Part shown: positions 62,595 to 64,000 of the stretch, in pieces | Numbering within the stretch: the stretch's first letter is position 1 | How the letters are laid out: the number at the start of each line of letters is the position of its first letter | Assembly: GCA_040220235.1 (NCBI GenBank) | Contig: JAVJTO010000051.1 | Reading direction: 5' to 3' (one strand) | Source of the DNA: Coleofasciculus sp. B1-GNL1-01 | GTDB lineage: Bacteria > Cyanobacteriota > Cyanobacteriia > Cyanobacteriales > Coleofasciculaceae | DNA: 64,000 bases | The notes under the pieces: model-generated | What the model saw: only the letters and a program-made list of their open reading frames with translations | Told to the model about the DNA's origin: nothing | Databases searched by the model: none | Position numbers and translations under genes: made by a program

Positions 62595-63104
62595 ATGTCA
62601 ACAAAAAACGCCGAATACTGGATTGAAAAGCTTGGACTTCAAAAACATCCCGAAAGAGGATATTACAAGGAGACTTATCTTTCTGATGAACAAATAGCCC
62701 ACGAGAGTTTACCAAAACGTTTTTCTGGACGCCGTAATTTTTCAACAGCTATCTACTTTTTATTAGCGGGGACTGATTTTTCTGCGCTTCATCGCATCAA
62801 GTCCGATGAGTTATGGCATTTTCATACTGGGTCTTCACTCACCATTCATATTATTGAGCAATCGGGAAACTATAGTTCCATTAAGTTAGGTGAAAATTTT
62901 GATCAGGGTGAGGTGTTTCAAGCCGTAGTTAAAGCGGGAGATTGGTTTGGCGCGACTGTTAATGACCCGCAATCCTATTCTTTAGTTGGGTGTACAGTTG
63001 CTCCCGGTTTTGATTTTAATGATTTTGAGTTAGGCAAACGAGAGGACTTAATCAAGCGTTATCCCCAACATCAGTCTTTAATTGAGAAAATGACACAAAT
63101 TTAA
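62595..63104 (+). CDS. Cupin domain protein (DUF985/Cupin_5)
   Basis: LQKHPERGYYKET, STAIYFLL, SALHRIKSDELWHFH, LVGCTVAPGFDF. Confidence 0.9.
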   Translation: MSTKNAEYWIEKLGLQKHPERGYYKETYLSDEQIAHESLPKRFSGRRNFSTAIYFLLAGTDFSALHRIKSDELWHFHTGSSLTIHIIEQSGNYSSIKLGENFDQGEVFQAVVKAGDWFGATVNDPQSYSLVGCTVAPGFDFNDFELGKREDLIKRYPQHQSLIEKMTQI

Positions 63105-63121
63105 CAAAATTTTCAGGTACG

Positions 63122-63937
63122 ATGACAACGATTGAATGGATTCAGGAACTGCTAGGACAACGTTTGCAGCCTTTAGTGTTGGCGATTACCAATCTTGGTT
63201 CTGAATATGCCTACATCGCTTTCCTAACCCTCTATTACTGGTTAATTGACCCATGGACAGGTCGCCAGTTAGGACTACTCTTAGGGATTAGTTATGGATG
63301 TAACACAATCCTCAAAGAACTGTTTGACATACCTCGTCCCTTCGAGTTAAATCCGGACATCGCCTCGGCTGACGCGATCGCGACGAGTGAAAATGCCTCT
63401 TTTCCCAGTGGACACGTCCAAGGTTCAGCAACCTTTTGGATTTACTTATCCTTACACCACAACCGCCTCTGGCTATGGGTGTGGAGTCTAATTCTGCTCC
63501 CCTTAATTGCCATATCACGCCTTTACTTAGGGGTTCACTTTCCTATAGATGTAGTCGCCGGATTAATTGTAGGTATTCTTTTTGCGGGGATAGGTACAGT
63601 CTGGTCTATTCCGGTAAAACCAAGGTTTATTGTTCGGGTTACAGTTGTCATCCTGACGTTTTTTATCGCCAGTTTATGGGAACCTTTAGCGCGTTCTTTA
63701 GGAGTCATTACAGGGTTTTTTCTCACCCAACCTCAGTTTATACCCCCTTCAACATGGAAAAGGCGATTACTCTTTGGCGGAATCGGTTTAATCTTAGTCT
63801 TAACCCTTTTTGTCGGTTCCAGATGGGTATTAGGGGACTGGCGGAATCAAGGATGGGTCATCTACTGGCGCTACAGTCTGCTTACCCTATTCGCGACTGA
63901 GGTTGTACCTAGACTTCTCCATCGCCAAACTTGGTAA
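63122..63937 (+). CDS. PAP2 family phosphatase
   Basis: KELFDIPRP, SFPSGH, SRLYLGVHFP.DV. Confidence 0.9.
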   Translation: MTTIEWIQELLGQRLQPLVLAITNLGSEYAYIAFLTLYYWLIDPWTGRQLGLLLGISYGCNTILKELFDIPRPFELNPDIASADAIATSENASFPSGHVQGSATFWIYLSLHHNRLWLWVWSLILLPLIAISRLYLGVHFPIDVVAGLIVGILFAGIGTVWSIPVKPRFIVRVTVVILTFFIASLWEPLARSLGVITGFFLTQPQFIPPSTWKRRLLFGGIGLILVLTLFVGSRWVLGDWRNQGWVIYWRYSLLTLFATEVVPRLLHRQTW

Positions 63938-64000
63938 GTGGCTCATCTGATTGCACATAAAAATGTATTTACAGCGCTTTTCACGTTTATGGAATACAAA

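Overview
Chromosomal window from a filamentous cyanobacterium. It has many HIP1 GCGATCGC octamers, 7-mer and 9-mer tandem repeats and GTAG-type REP-like palindromes. hetR lies next to patX, which fits a non-heterocystous Oscillatoriales/Coleofasciculus-like organism (inference). Most genes are housekeeping: ribH, psbZ, a DHH-CBS tRNA nucleotidyltransferase, fbaB, cyAbrB, sdhB-hli, cbiX, a GH13 enzyme, pilMNOQ, HU, cobD, frmA, hetR/patX, msrB, gap, ppsA, rbp-rpsU and a VIT/vWA protein. The most striking accessory element is an AT-rich cassette with no HIP1 sites at about 5.8-7.9 kb on the minus strand. It consists of a sigma70-type promoter, a ~180-nt region closed by a long-range stem with several internal hairpins (candidate ncRNA), and a stand-alone ~620-aa group II-like reverse transcriptase (YCDD). 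I see no intron, DGR, retron or CRISPR hallmarks, so it is a candidate uncharacterised ncRNA-RT (defence-RT-like) system. Other accessory features: a decayed IS607 whose TnpB has a rearranged RuvC and an in-frame REP palindrome, an intact IS1341-type TnpB element, a DEDDh exonuclease-P-loop ATPase fusion, a TPM/LemA cluster with domain-less paralogues, and repeats inserted in frame into several enzymes. All calls come from reading the sequence; no database searches were run.
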